DNA of 63,935 nucleotides, counting the filler, from Reticulomyxa filosa (Eukaryota; Protista; Foraminifera), in assembly GCA_000512085.1 (NCBI GenBank). It is 18 parts of 18 records of this genome, joined end to end, with 100 filler letters (N's around TTAATTAATTAA, not from the genome) between each part and the next. Parts side by side here need not be neighbours in the genome. Positions count along the whole stretch, not along the records: positions 10,366 to 20,222 come from ASPP01020499.1; positions 20,323 to 25,021 come from ASPP01017938.1; positions 25,122 to 28,685 come from ASPP01004197.1; 15 more parts are not named here. One strand, given 5' to 3'. The position numbers and the translations under genes are program-made. A model generated the notes under the pieces. It made no database searches. It had not been told where the DNA came from and saw only the letters and a list, made by a program, of their open reading frames with translations. Shown here in pieces: positions 11,084 through 28,620 of the stretch (positions within the stretch are counted from its first letter, which is position 1; each line of letters begins with the position of its first letter).

Positions 11084-13659
11084 ATGGCAACAAAAACAGA
11101 AAATGATGAAGGCGGCATAAAGGGTTTGCAAGAGCTGACCGCAATGCTGAGTTCTCACTTGCAACTAATGCAAGACCAAGACTCGTACGTTGAAAGTGCG
11201 ATTTCAATGTGTGAGAAAGCAACACAGACCCTGTTGAGAAAGGCAAAAGAGCGATCGTTAACGGATGAAAAAAAACTGCTCCAATCTTTGGGGGTCCTTC
11301 AATTGGGAACTTTTTGCGTGACACTGGTAACGTCTAAGTGTACGTATATACACGTTCAGAGAGAAAAAAGTATTTTTCTTTTTTTCACGGATACTTTTTG
11401 TACTTACATCTTTTTCGTTTTGCATCAAAAGTGTTGGTGGAGAGAATGTACGATGAAATGTACGAACCATTGCGTGAGGAGCAAAAGATGGCTCGCTCGT
11501 TGTACGCCCCAAAGTTAGAAGAATATGAAAAAAAGCCAAAGCCTGTAACCCAAGTTTTGAAAACACAAAAAAGCTAAAAATATAAAAAATTTAATGAAAA
11601 TAGCCGCTTGCATTTTAGCAATAATCCCTCGTCCATATGTAAACAAAATTTTTTAACATAAAATAAAACTAAAAAAGGGTGGTTCAATCGTGTCATTAAT
11701 GTTTTCCGCTCAAAACCTGTATTTGCCAGCATTTCAACAATTTGTCAACCAATTAAAAAAAAAATGCGACCAAAGTGGGATTACCGTGAAAAAAGTATCC
11801 AAAGTTGTTGTGAAAAATGTGGAAAGAACATTTTACAAAGTTTAAAATAACGAAGCATTCATAACACTTTTTTTTTTAGGTTATTCAAAGACAAACTATG
11901 TAATTATATACGTACATTTTTTTTGGTATTGCTTTGAAAAAAAAAAGACTTATTACGTTTATCGGGGTGATCATACACAACTGACCGACTTGTTACGATG
12001 TTCTTTTGTGTTTGATTCATTCGCGGATTTGTACAAAGCGTTTTCGGTATTGGAAGAGGTAGCCTCAAAAAATGATGACGTGAAAGGCATTCTGCGAGCC
12101 AAAGATAGATTTACGCCGGCAAATGTGCCGTTTGGCTATCGTGATTTACTTGTCAATCTGTATTGCCCAGGTAAATTGAAAAAAAAAGGGCATTGATAAG
12201 ACTAAACATATTTAACATGTTTATGACTACGTGCGACCAAAACACTTTTTTTAAAAAAAAAAATGTGTATGACAGGCACCGATTTAGTGTGCGAGGTGCA
12301 GTTCCATCACAATGTGTTTTACCAGTACAAGAAAGAAAGCCATTATGTATATAAAAGAGCAAGACTGTTCGAAAGTGGTGATAGAAACTTGGCTTATGAG
12401 TATGTCACAAAGCATATCAAAGACAAAGTTTCCAAAAATGAAAAATATGTTAAGTTGCACGCAAAACAAGAAAGGAAGAGGAAAAAACACCTATTTAAAT
12501 TTTTTGCAAGAATGTGAATAATTTGATTTTTCGTTTTTAAATAAAGAAACATGCATATGTACATATATGTTTGCCTTTGCATTTATATTGGGTGGGAATA
12601 TAGATTCCCCATGAGGAGGTAGACCACGACCACGCCGAAGAGAATGACGAAAAAGAGGAGGGGAAAGAAACGGAAGGACACACCAGGGAGGGCGAGAAGA
12701 AAGTAGATGAGAAGACGGTGGAGGAATTGGTGAAGGAGTGGATGCCTCCACAAGCGGCAAAGCAATGCTACGACGCACTTGCGGAACACGGATATGACAC
12801 ATTGGAGATGTTGGAATTGATCGCGAATACCGAAGAGGAGACATTGAACGAGCTGACGAAAACCATGGGATTTAAGGCCGGCCATGCCAAGTTGTTCGTG
12901 AAACGAAGGGACGAATATTTTCAATCCATTCGAAACAAAGAGAAGCAAAAGCAGCAAGAGAAAGAGCAGCTTAAGCAAAACTGGAACGACAAAGTCCAAA
13001 AAGACAAAGAAAGTGCAATGGCCGAGGAAGTTGCAAAAAAAACAAAAGAGTTCGATTCTGCGTATAATCGATTTTTAGTCGCAAGTGCCTTTATCACTGG
13101 ACAAACCGAAAAGACGTTCAAGTGTACTTGGTTTGGAAAGAATCCTTATCGATGGATCAACTCCGATTGGGAAGCGGCACCCCTTAGCACTCAAGGCAGT
13201 GGTCTGCCTGAACGCTTCGAATTGGAGGAGAAGACTTTGAAGGTGTTTTCTATTATCTGCCAATTCCGTGTCTCCAAATGCCGGGAAGGGGCACACCATT
13301 CGTCATTCCTTTCCTTTGAAAATTTTACCATGATCAAAGGTGACGATTTCTATGAATTCGATAGTGTCGACAACAAGTTTCACAACCTCGTCATCTCTGT
13401 CGATTTGAACAAAGGTAAATTTTGGTTTATGCTTGGCAGCAAAACTAAGTTCAAAGAATTGCAGATAACTGTTCCAGGAGGGGTTCTCAATCCTCATGTC
13501 TTGTACATTGGTTGTCACATCCATCGTGGCTTTAACAACGTCTACAAACGAATGGACGGAGAGATTGCAAACGTCAGGATTTACTCCATTCCGTTTGATA
13601 CTGCTTTGATGGAAACTGCCTTGGAATTTTACAAGGCTGTTAAACCACCAACACAATAA
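11084..13659 (+). CDS. Six-exon gene: RelA/SpoT-like nucleotidyltransferase domain + acidic linker + SAM domain + coiled coil + LamG/ConA-like domain (~663 aa)
   Basis: Exons 11084-11339, 11432-11553, 11678-11839, 11948-12170, 12276-12448 and 12604-13659. All introns are GT..AG and phase-compatible, giving a 1992-nt open frame (alternative upstream ATG at 10970). Motifs: VKNVERTFYK, LTDLLRCSFV, AKDRF...GYRDLLVN, CEVQFHH, HYVYK; SAM-like QCYDALAEHGYDTLEML...LNELTKTMGFKAGHAKLF; LamG-like DNKFHNLVIS...LYIG...MDGEIANVRIYS. Confidence 0.8.
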
Positions 13660-13920
13660 AAAAAACGAGCGATTAATTCGTTCAAGGTTATTTGTTTGTT
13701 TGTAAATTTTTTCGTTTTAATTGTTGCTGGTCTTGCGCAATTCTGGTCAACATGCATAACATAAAAATATACTTCTAATAATTCCAGTTGTTTTTTGGCT
13801 AGTTCCAATGTAACAACAGCAAATATTTTTTAACACATCTTCGTCTAAGTTTTGAAAAATTGTAAACAAAGCACGTTCATTTTTTAAAAAAAAGCAAGTT
13901 AAATTTGGCAAATAATCCAA

Positions 13921-18244
<4,324 letters not shown>

Positions 18245-20415
18245 ACATATAAAAGTGGATTTTGAAAAACACAATTTTTTTTTTATGAGATTTGACACTT
18301 CTTTAAAGTACATTGTTCTTTTTTGAAAAAATTGCTATTTTGACTAGTTTTTATGAATTTTTGCAAACAAGAAACACCACTCTTGTAATAAAACATATAC
18401 ACTGTTTTCATTGTTTCCTTGCAATGTTAGCAATTGATAAACATAATTATAAAATAGAATTTCTCTACTTAGAGAGCCAGTGCTAATAGCTTTGATAAAA
18501 AAAATCATCTAGACACATTTATGATCATTTCAACTTTTTAGAAAAAATTAGTTTTTAAGAAGATTTGTATTTGAGTTGTTGCAGACTTCGACATCTATCC
18601 AGATTTGAAATTCATTTTGAAAAGTCAACGTCAGTATTTCAGCTTCTAAAGGTGTGTTGAAATTTCTTGAAGAATTTTTCCTTATCAGAAATCATTGGAA
18701 AACTGTTATCACAATAAATATAGTATAAGAAACAGCTCAAAGTGAAAAAATAAATGAAATACAAATTAAAGCAATTTCACAATATTGTATAACAATCGAA
18801 AATAGTATTTAAATCAAATACACAAAAAAATTATCACGAAATTTGTGATCATAATTTGTTGAAAATTATATTAATCAATTTGAATATTCAACTTCATTTT
18901 CGATTACGAAAGACAATAAGTGTTGATATATTTCAACAAATATTGTATCTAAATACTATCAAAAAATATGTAAAAGATAAATAATAAGTCACTGAATTGC
19001 ATTAATATCATTGTGATGATTCTTTTAAAAAAATAAAAGCAAATCACATTATTAAGACCAAAACTAAAAGAGTAGTCCCCACAAAGAATTGACAGCAGCC
19101 CAGAAAAAGAAACTTTTGGGGGTTGCTGAACTCGAAGGGTTCAGCGACTGCCCCCAAGACCAGGAAACACCAAGAAAATCTCTAAGTTCCAGCTTTCAGG
19201 AAAAGATCAGGAAAAATTTCTCAAAATCATACAATCGACAACAACAAGCGAAAAAACATATTCAAGTTTTGGTTAATTATTGAAATATAAAATCTCAAAT
19301 GTTGTTTGGTGAGATCAATCGACAGATGTGAAAACAATTTTAGCTCTTCCATGAAAAAAAAATTTCATTGTAACTACTTCATAATCGATACTATCTTTTG
19401 TTAAAAAAGTCGTATTTAGAAGGAGAAAGCGTTCGAAGAGGCAATATTCGTTAACATCTTAGCGTTTTTGAAAGAAATTTTGAAAATTAATTTCGATATT
19501 TTAGTTGATAAGAAATTGCTTAAAGTTAAAGATCAAATGGTAATGAAAATAAAAAATCAGATGATGATGAAATCTTATCGTTAAAACATGAATTAGCAGA
19601 GATGAATCAGCATTCCAGCAATTACAATACTTATTGTAACATTGATGCAAATGGGGATTGGTAATCGATCAAGAGATGAAATTAACATTGCGAATACCAA
19701 TATGCAAACAGATTTATGATCAGTAGTCTATTGGTATTACCAACGGATTTTATTCCAAGGCCCAAATATTAGAACAGAATTTGCATTATAAGCAGCCATA
19801 TGTCTGTTTATTGCAAGAAGGAGTTAGATTGAAGAAGAAGGATATCAATTATAATTTCCAGCATATACACGTTCATCACTGGAGTGAGACAGGAAGATCT
19901 TTTTTTTTTTTTTTTAGATGATGGCTATAAGCCAAATGCAAACTTTCTTTCCAAGTCGAAGAAGCACATCGTCAAAGCATTGACATAGTACTTCGTAAAA
20001 AGAAAACAAAACAAAACAAGGAAAGACTCAAATTTTCAATCATTACAATTTTGTATTAAAGTGTTGAAACAAAATAAAAAAAAATAAAATTGGTTTTTAC
20101 TTAAAAATTTGAAAAGGAAGCATCAATAAGGTCAGTTGCAAGTTGTGAATGTTGTCCAACATCTATGCAAGCCTTTAACTCTAATCAAAAATCATTTCAA
20201 AACTCAACCTGTTCACACAAAANNNNNNNNNNNNNNNNNNNNNNNNNNNNNNNNNNNNNNNNNNNNTTAATTAATTAANNNNNNNNNNNNNNNNNNNNNN
20301 NNNNNNNNNNNNNNNNNNNNNNTTTTTTTTTTTTTTTTTGTATTATTTGTTTGATGGTACTTTTCTCTTTATCCCTTCCTCCTCCTCAAAAGTACTCATT
20401 TATGTGTCAACACAC

Positions 20416-21288
20416 TTGCAAAATGCGCTCAAAGAGCGGAAAGACTTTGTGCTTTTTGATGCGCTCTTCGATGGTCTTGCTCAAGAATGTACCCAACACA
20501 GAGTCCAGTTCGGACATTGGCGTGGCTTGCAGATACAAAGACAAGCGACCACTATTGAATCCTCCGCGAGGCTTCCATCGATGGATCATTTTGGCGTCGG
20601 TGATATCAAATAAGATGGACACGAAGAACTCAATATGAGCAGCGTCTTGTCTGAGAAATTCGTCTCGAATTCGTTTATTCTGTTTCAGGGCTTGCCACAA
20701 GAATCTGATTGCGATGACACAATAGCCAATATCGATATCACGTCCGCCAATGGACAATTGGACATAGTCTCGAATGACGGACAACAGCAATGCCAAAGCC
20801 GGTTGGACGAATCGAATTTGGAATGACGAGTTGATCCTGTTAAGTTGGAAGAGCTCTCGGAATGACTTCAATTCAAAAGGGAACTGCAATTTTGTATTGA
20901 CCGCGCCACATTTCAGTGGCTCCATTCCAAATAATAGACTGAACAAAAAAATCCAAACTCGAGGATGTGGCTCCAATCTCGGCAACAGCAAGGCCAAGAT
21001 TTGAAACCCGCTCATTTCTGCAAATGTGGTCATGTAGTGATCGATCGACATCATCATCATCTTGTTCAACAGACACAAGGAACCCCGGTTTACTTGTCCT
21101 CCCACTGCAGGAGACAACATTTTCACAAACCAATAAATGTTTAGCTTTTCGCAGATGCGCGCGAAATTGTTGGAAAAATCGGTGTCAATTAGAATCTGAC
21201 GAAGAGCAATAGATTGGCCACTGCTTCCAACACTTTGTGTTTCATTGGAGAGAGTGATGTCATCATCGTCATTGTCATTGTCATTATC

Positions 21289-21323
<35 letters not shown>

Positions 21324-24300
21324 CATTGTCATTGTCATGTTCATTTTTATTATCATGTTCATTGTCATTGTCGCTTTTATCGTTCTCGTCCTCATCGTCA
21401 TATCCATCCTCATCAGTGTCGACATCTTCGTCTTCACGATGCTTGGCCTCAGTCTTGCTCTCCATGTGTCCCTCACCGTACTTGGCGTGTACAATCGCCG
21501 AGGTGCCCGTGCCGATAGACGCAATGAGCGTGTTGAAGTTGATTTGACTTCTCACGTTGTTTGTGATATTACTTGCGTTTTGTGCATTGGGCGCAGTGGC
21601 ATTGCGATTCATTTGTCTCATATGGACGCCATTGTTGTGGATATACACATAAAAAGTCTTCAAAAACTCGATTATGATATCCGCGGGTTTGATCAATCCT
21701 CCTTCCGTCCAAGTCCACATTTCACTCGGCTTTTTCGGTGAATTCGATCCGCGATGATAATGTCTGTCATATCCGTACATACTACTAAGCAGCTGATAGT
21801 TGCTGTCATTCTCAACTTCACATCTCATTTCGATTTCTTTCATTTGCACACTTTCTGGCAATATCGTTTGTTCTTCCTTCATGTTTTCTTCCCATTCTGT
21901 CGTGGAGTCATCTCGCACTACCATTGGCTTCTTTGTTCGAGATATTCCTTGTGCAGAGCTGGAGACGGGGATGGCATGTGCACTCGTAGCTGCATGCATG
22001 CGTGGATGGGCGTGCACGTGCGCATGTTCGCATTCAATACGTGTTGCAGTATGCATTAAGAAGGCTGCAATGAGTTGTAGCTCTTCGTCGCGAAAGTTTT
22101 CCATGACCAAACGTTCGGCAAATTGCAAAAGTAGCATTTTGATTTTGAGAGGAGCCCGCGGATGCGAGAGAACATAGAGAATATCGTTCATCGCTTCCAA
22201 TTCTCGCAAGCGTACGGCATTCCACTTTCTCGTAACAGGCGATGAGGACTTGGTAGCAACAGCATTGAAAGGAAGAGGTAAGCCGCTGATCTGACATAGT
22301 CGCAAGGTGTTTGGCATCGCCTCCATCGCACTAATAGGAGGACCATCAACGCACAAATCCTTGAGCCATTGATACAACTGGCATTGAATGGATATGTCCA
22401 CCTGACCCCAGATTTGATAGTCCAAAACCAGATACTTGATTGCTAATGTATTGGCAAGCAGAGTTTCGGTATTAATGTAATGTTCGCTGGAATCAAACAT
22501 GGACCCCTTTTGCAGTGCAGTCGCATTGCCGCCATGCCGTACCGACTCCGTAGTGTTCTTTTGCACAAAGCGCCGCTCAATGACGATAGGCAATTGCAGC
22601 AATGACAAGCCTTTTTGCTGTAATTCAATGTAATCCAAGCCCATGGACACATCGTCGTCGATCGCGAAATTGGCTTCGTTTGGACTTGCCGCGGACGCAG
22701 TGGTGAACGAGTCGCCGAGCATATTGCTGTCGGTTGTCCCATGTCTGTTTGCACTTTGAGGTGTCATGGCAGAGTCCAGCGAGGTACCATCGGTACTGCG
22801 ATTGTGCGAAACCAGGCGTGTGCGAGCGGATGTGAGATTGGCATTACTTGGCAGCGAATGGTCTATGGCTCCGCTTCCTCCTGTTACTCCTCCTATTCCT
22901 ATTCCTGTTCCTATTCCTATTCCTGTTCCTGTTACTCCTGTTCCTGTTCCTGCTGCTCCGACTCTCCATGCTTCCTCTGCGTCACTCAGCACTTGCGTCA
23001 CTGCACTGATCTTCTTTTTGTAAGAGAATTGCGGACAACCAATGTGGTTGTACAGCGCTACGCCTCTGTCCGAAATGCGCGTTTCACGGGTGCAATTGTG
23101 GTGACGTGCGAAATACTCGCGGATCATCGTCGGCACGCTATTGGTCACCATCGATATCACTATGGGCACCAATTGATCCGTTATCAACTCACTCTTTTCT
23201 TTCAACACATTGCCGAGCATTTCATAGCCTCCAATTCTCGCCATGTCCATCAAGTTCCGTGGATTATTCGCCAAAAAGGTTGCCAGTATGGCACAATGCA
23301 GGGACATTGCTTTGGGAGAATGCGCACGAGATATGAATCCAAATAAGTTCTTTTACACAACAAATGATATCGATTTTGAAAGAGAACAGGGAGTTACATA
23401 TATATGCATATACGTATATATATATATATAAATAGTATGGTTTTGACAAACTTCAATTCCTCCAAGGTAACGAATAGCATCTTCTAATGCAATTGGTCGA
23501 ATGCAGGTCACTCCTCCACACAAAAAGGCAAAAGGTCCTTGATGAGTGATCGGCGCCTCCACTGCGTGCGACGTGTTTTTGACGACTCCGCCCGGGGAAT
23601 GGAGTCCGGCGATGTGGATCACCTCTTGCAGGGGCGAAGGTTCGACTAAATTAGATTCGGTCGGGAATGGGGACAGTTCCTCCATTTCCAAATCGCTACG
23701 ACTGGAATACAAGGCCTTCTTTGCTTCGGCAAAGGAATAGTGCGACTGCGGATGGAACGAACATGCGATTGGAGGGAACGTGTCGATGCGATCGGGATAA
23801 TGACTGCTTTTCTCTTCCTTCTCTTGCACATAGTGCACGGCACGAGCGGCGTGGAATGTGCCTCCATAGTCTGGTCCGACGTCGAACATGGACATGGCAT
23901 GTTTGGACGACAAGACGCCAGTGAACACGAATGTGGGTCCGATCCACCACACAAGCGGCTGAGAGGAGCACGAGATGACCTTTTTCGAATGGGTTGAATC
24001 TATTCCAAGAATCAGTGCGCAATCACAGGAATGCAATATTGCGGCGTAAATGACTTTGTAAGACATACTTTCGGAGTGATGGCCGTGGCTGTGACCATAA
24101 CCATGACCATGACCATGACCATGACCATGACTATGACTATGACTGTGTCCGCGCTTGTAATCATGACCACTTTTATGATCACGCTTTTTATCCACAATCT
24201 TCTTTTGCAACCAAATGGTTTCGTGAAAGTGCTTGCGTTGGATGCCGTTGATAAAGATATACATTTCAAACGATTTATTTTTATTCTTCACGCTCGACAC

Positions 24301-24941
24301 CGTCGTCGACAACAACTGGAAAGTAATGGCAATGTGGTACCAACGGTGATGCTCGAATCTCACATCTGGACACATCAGGTACTCCGTAGGCGATTGGCTC
24401 GCCAACTTCACAAGGATACTCCCACTGCTGCAATGATAGTGCAGCTCCAATAAATTGGAGCCAGAACTGCTGTCGATAAGGCTGCACAAGACCAATTCCG
24501 GAGTCGCTTTGTTCGCATTGCGCAAGTTGAACCAAAACGCCAGTGAAAATCCCTTTTCCGGCACAAGGCTGAAATACGATCTCCCCACCATCTTTATGCA
24601 CGCCGTCGAGTGGCTGTAGCATTCAAACTCAAAGAATGGGAATTTGTGCTCGCCACTTAGGAATTGCATTAGGTCGTGGCTTCGTTGATTATGTTCACGA
24701 GCCCATCGAAACATTGTGTTCAATTCCATCGGCGACAAATGATGTGTGCCAAGTTCTAATCCATACATACATATATGTATATATGTATATATATATGTAT
24801 GTATGGATTAGAAGTATTGATATAAACAACAACAAAAAAGTTACCAACAATAAACCGGTTCAATACTCTTCGCAGTGGAGAATTGATCGATGCCTCCAAT
24901 ACTTGTGAGTACAGATCATACAGGTGCTGCACTGTCCCTTG
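20416..24941 (-). CDS. Internal (N-terminal/middle) part of a large BEACH-family protein with a ConA-like domain; partial at both ends
   Basis: GFSLAFWF...RWYHIAITF...YIFING (ConA-like), DAIRYLGGIE, NPRNLMDMARIGGYEML and LVLDYQIW are typical of neurobeachin/WDFY3/LYST N-terminal regions. Intron 23350-23451 joins the 471-aa and 966-aa ORFs. Contains GT/GI, HG and DN low-complexity tracts. Confidence 0.75.
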
Positions 24942-25148
24942 CTAACAACAACATATTCAAAGAAAAAGATACATTGGTTGTATTGTTTATTTGTAACACA
25001 AAAAAAAAAAAAAAAAAAAAANNNNNNNNNNNNNNNNNNNNNNNNNNNNNNNNNNNNNNNNNNNNTTAATTAATTAANNNNNNNNNNNNNNNNNNNNNNN
25101 NNNNNNNNNNNNNNNNNNNNNTGTGTGTGTGTGGGTTGGAGAGTACAG

Positions 25149-28100
25149 GTTTAAAAAAAACTTTTTAATGAGTCGAGGAGTAGAGAGCTTTAGCACAGAC
25201 GAATACGAAGAGATCTTTTGGAAAATCGTGGATGATGGATGCACACCATTATTTGTCGAGTATGGAAGCGAAATTCCTACCAGCAAGCAATGCAGTGGGT
25301 TCCCTCAAAAAAAGGACAGCCCTTTAGTGACCACGAGTTCAACCTGATGAATATTAAGACGGCAACGGGCAATGTGTTAAAGCATTTGGACAGAGACATC
25401 AGTGGCATGACATATCCATGGCTATGTTACGTTCCCCCTTTTTTTTTTTTTTTTTTCTGTCCTCCGTTGCATAATTTGTAGTGCAGATCCTATTATAGCT
25501 GCGTACAACAAGGAGAGAGAGGGGGGGTACACACAACTCAACAGATTGCGGGATGTTATTCACAACCTTTGGATGGCATTACGAAGATCACTACACATTC
25601 AGTGTGAACTACAATCATTACGGCGCAGTGAAACAATGGTACGGCGTGCCCGGACTGCAAGCGGGGGAATTGGAAAAAGCGCTGAAGCAGTACTTGCCGC
25701 ACTTGTTTGAGAAACAGCCCGACATATTGTATCATCTGGTCACGCATGTTTCTCCAAAGATATTGAAACAACAAGGCGTCAATGTGTTCAAAATCAGACA
25801 AGCCCCGGGAGAATTTGTTATCACATTTCCGCAAGCGTATCATTGCGGACTCAATTTAGGAGTTTTGTTTTGTTTTATTTCATTTGTTGCAAGACCTTAC
25901 CCGAAAACATACATGCATACACATATATACATAAATGTTAAGTTTAATGTCGCAGAAGCTGTAAATTTTGCGACTAGTGATTGGCTGGCCTATGGACTGA
26001 AATGTGTAAATCGCTATCGACTATTTGGACGTCGACAGGCCTTTCCGCACTCGGAATTGGTGTGCAAATTGGTGAACAAGTGTGAAAAGTTAGACAATGA
26101 GACCTTGGATGGCTTTGGGATAATTTTGTGTATATTTACAACGAACAATATGAGTTTTTGAAAACCATGTTGCAAGCCAACATTACCCGAGGTCGTCCTT
26201 GGGATTTTGATCCCACCGAATATGCAGCCCACAAAGAGGATGTCGAGGAGTTGGAAAAGCAAAAGTTGGAGTTGGATGGTATTTAAATCTATAAATATAA
26301 ATATATAAATATGTACATATATGTATGTATATCATATATATATATATACATATGTATGTATATGTTTATGTATATATGTATATAATGTTAAATAAGGGGT
26401 ATATGAAATGTTTTCATTTGATTTGAAGGCACTGGTCGCATGCGATACAGCGAAGACCAAGGACTAGCACCAGAAGACGCCGAATGTGCAATGTGCAATC
26501 ATGGACTGCATTGCACGATTGTGCGATGCCAATGTAAGCTCTCCGCGGTGACGTGTCATTTACATTTCAAAAAGTTTTGCAACTTGCGCCGTGAATGCAA
26601 AGTGGTTTGAGTATCGATACAACTTGACCTGGTTCGAAAAGATGAAAGATAAGTTGGGCAAGATGGTGAATGCCGTGTACGACCCGAACACGGGTCGGTT
26701 GTTGGCGAGCAAGTCCAGAGAGAACTTTGAAATCTTTACCAAATCCAGTGACGACATTGTCATTCATACCATTTCCATGAGTCCATTGGAACAACAAAAC
26801 GAATTTCGAAATCGTTATGGAAAAATCTTGGCCAATTATACCAGTCAACTTATTGCTAAAGTTTGTTTGTTTTTTTTTTGAAGTGTAGAAAAAGAAGAGA
26901 GAGAGAGAGAAAAATGAAATGTGATAATGCATTATGCGAAAAATAGTTGGATGACCGATTGCCCGTGGTGAAAAATAAAAAAGAAAAAATGGCATTCGAA
27001 GAATTGAATCATTTGAAACATGCGTGCGAGTGTGTGGTTTGGTGCCACTTTGACAACGAAGTGATCAATGAATACTTGGAGAAGGTGAGGACGTATTTCA
27101 ATGAAATGATATACCATTACAGTAAAGTGACGACGGTGTTATGGGATGCTTTGACCTGCTGTCGACAAATGAATCAGTTTTCCGAAGAATTGGCCCAATT
27201 GACACAGTCGGGACGACAGCACGAAATTGAAGAGTTTTTGAAGCGCACCACTATGTTCCCGAAGAAATTGAAGCTATCCAAGATACAACAGTCATATGAT
27301 GAAGTTCAAACTTTGCATGTGGATACGACCCCTTTTTCCAATATTCCGCAAATCATTAATTTTATCAGTTTCAAAAAAAAAAGAGAGTTGTCTGTGATAT
27401 AACGTGTATTTAATTGTTCTTCTCGTATGTGACGTTGTTACGCTTGAGCTAGCCGAACAAGAGGTAATTCTACAATCGGCGGTGAATGGGATCCTGTCGG
27501 TGACCTGGACGAATGAGGGGACAATTGAAGACCAAGCGAAACGCATTTTGGAATACATCCCACAAAATTTTCAACTTTGGTATGCCTCAATGATCAAGCA
27601 GCACTTTCCATTTGAGCTTTACAACGACAATGGGAATGAGAGCAGAAAGCGAGGAGAGCAGGAAAGTGAAAACGAGAAAACGGGAGAAAACAAGCATGTG
27701 TCAAAAAAGGGGAAGATGGACAAATTACAGCAAGCATCGGAAAAGTGTTTTGTGTTAATGTTGTTAAAATGGATTTTGGAAAAATTCAAATACAATATTT
27801 TGAATGCCGTGGAATGTGCAACAATGCCACGACTCAAGTCCATGATTTACGAAGGACATCACATGCATGAAAGTTTGAAGTCGTACGTATTCAACAAGTC
27901 TATGCATTTGCCAGAAGAAAGTTTGACTGAAATTGTCAACAAGGTTCTTTTTTAATAAATAAATAAAATAATTATTTTTTTTTTTTTTTTGAATGATACA
28001 CAATTTTTTAAAAAAAAAAAGTGTCGAAGCTATCAACTTCGTTTGCCATTGCTGAGCTACACGGAAGACATATACAACAAAGTGAAAGAGTGGAAAGAAA

Positions 28101-28620
28101 AAGCAAACGAATTATTGCACCACGGGGGATCGATGACGACGATCAATGAGTTGTATCGACAATATCGCGAGTTTCGAGTGATCATCGACGAAGGCGACCA
28201 GATACGAGCCATCACGCCGTCGCTGCGTCTATGGACGAGTGATGCCGCGGCATTGTTGGAGAACAATGACAATCCTCCAGCGGAAGAGTGTTGGAGACTG
28301 CTCATGGCATTGGACTCGTTGATCGACTTTGAGTTGACCACGAAGGAGCACGAAAGACTGTGCGAACTTGTCGGCATTACTGTGTGGAAAAGCCAACTGA
28401 AACAAGTGCTTGAACAGCAAGACGCCATTTCCAAAATGGACGCAAAAGCTATTGAAGAGCTGCCCGGCTATGATTTCAAACAAGACCTCCTTAAATTTGC
28501 CCATCTCTTGGACATGTCCAAAGACTTTCAAACCAAAGAATGCGTACGTCTGAAACAGCAATTGGCCGTAAAAAAGCAAATGGCCGAAGAGTTCTTTTCC
28601 AAAGCAGAGCCTGTTGTTGA
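25149..28620 (+). CDS. JmjC histone demethylase, KDM5/JARID1-like (JmjC + C5HC2 zinc finger + helical region); partial, multi-exon
   Basis: VEYGSEI, DISGMTYPW, FGWHYEDH..SVNYNHYGAVKQWYGVP, QAPGEFVITFPQAYHCG|FNVAEAVNFA, and ECAMC...CQC...TCHLH at ~26480-26565. One-base frameshift in the A-run at 25307-25313. Confidence 0.9.

Noticed and set aside
19089-20100. Possible pseudogene downstream of the BEACH gene
   Set aside because: Looks like decayed coding sequence, but no family is recognisable.
21189-24453. Overlapping poly-I/M/S/V ORFs
   Set aside because: Alternative-frame or antisense shadows of the DN, GT/GI and HG microsatellite tracts in the real minus-strand gene.
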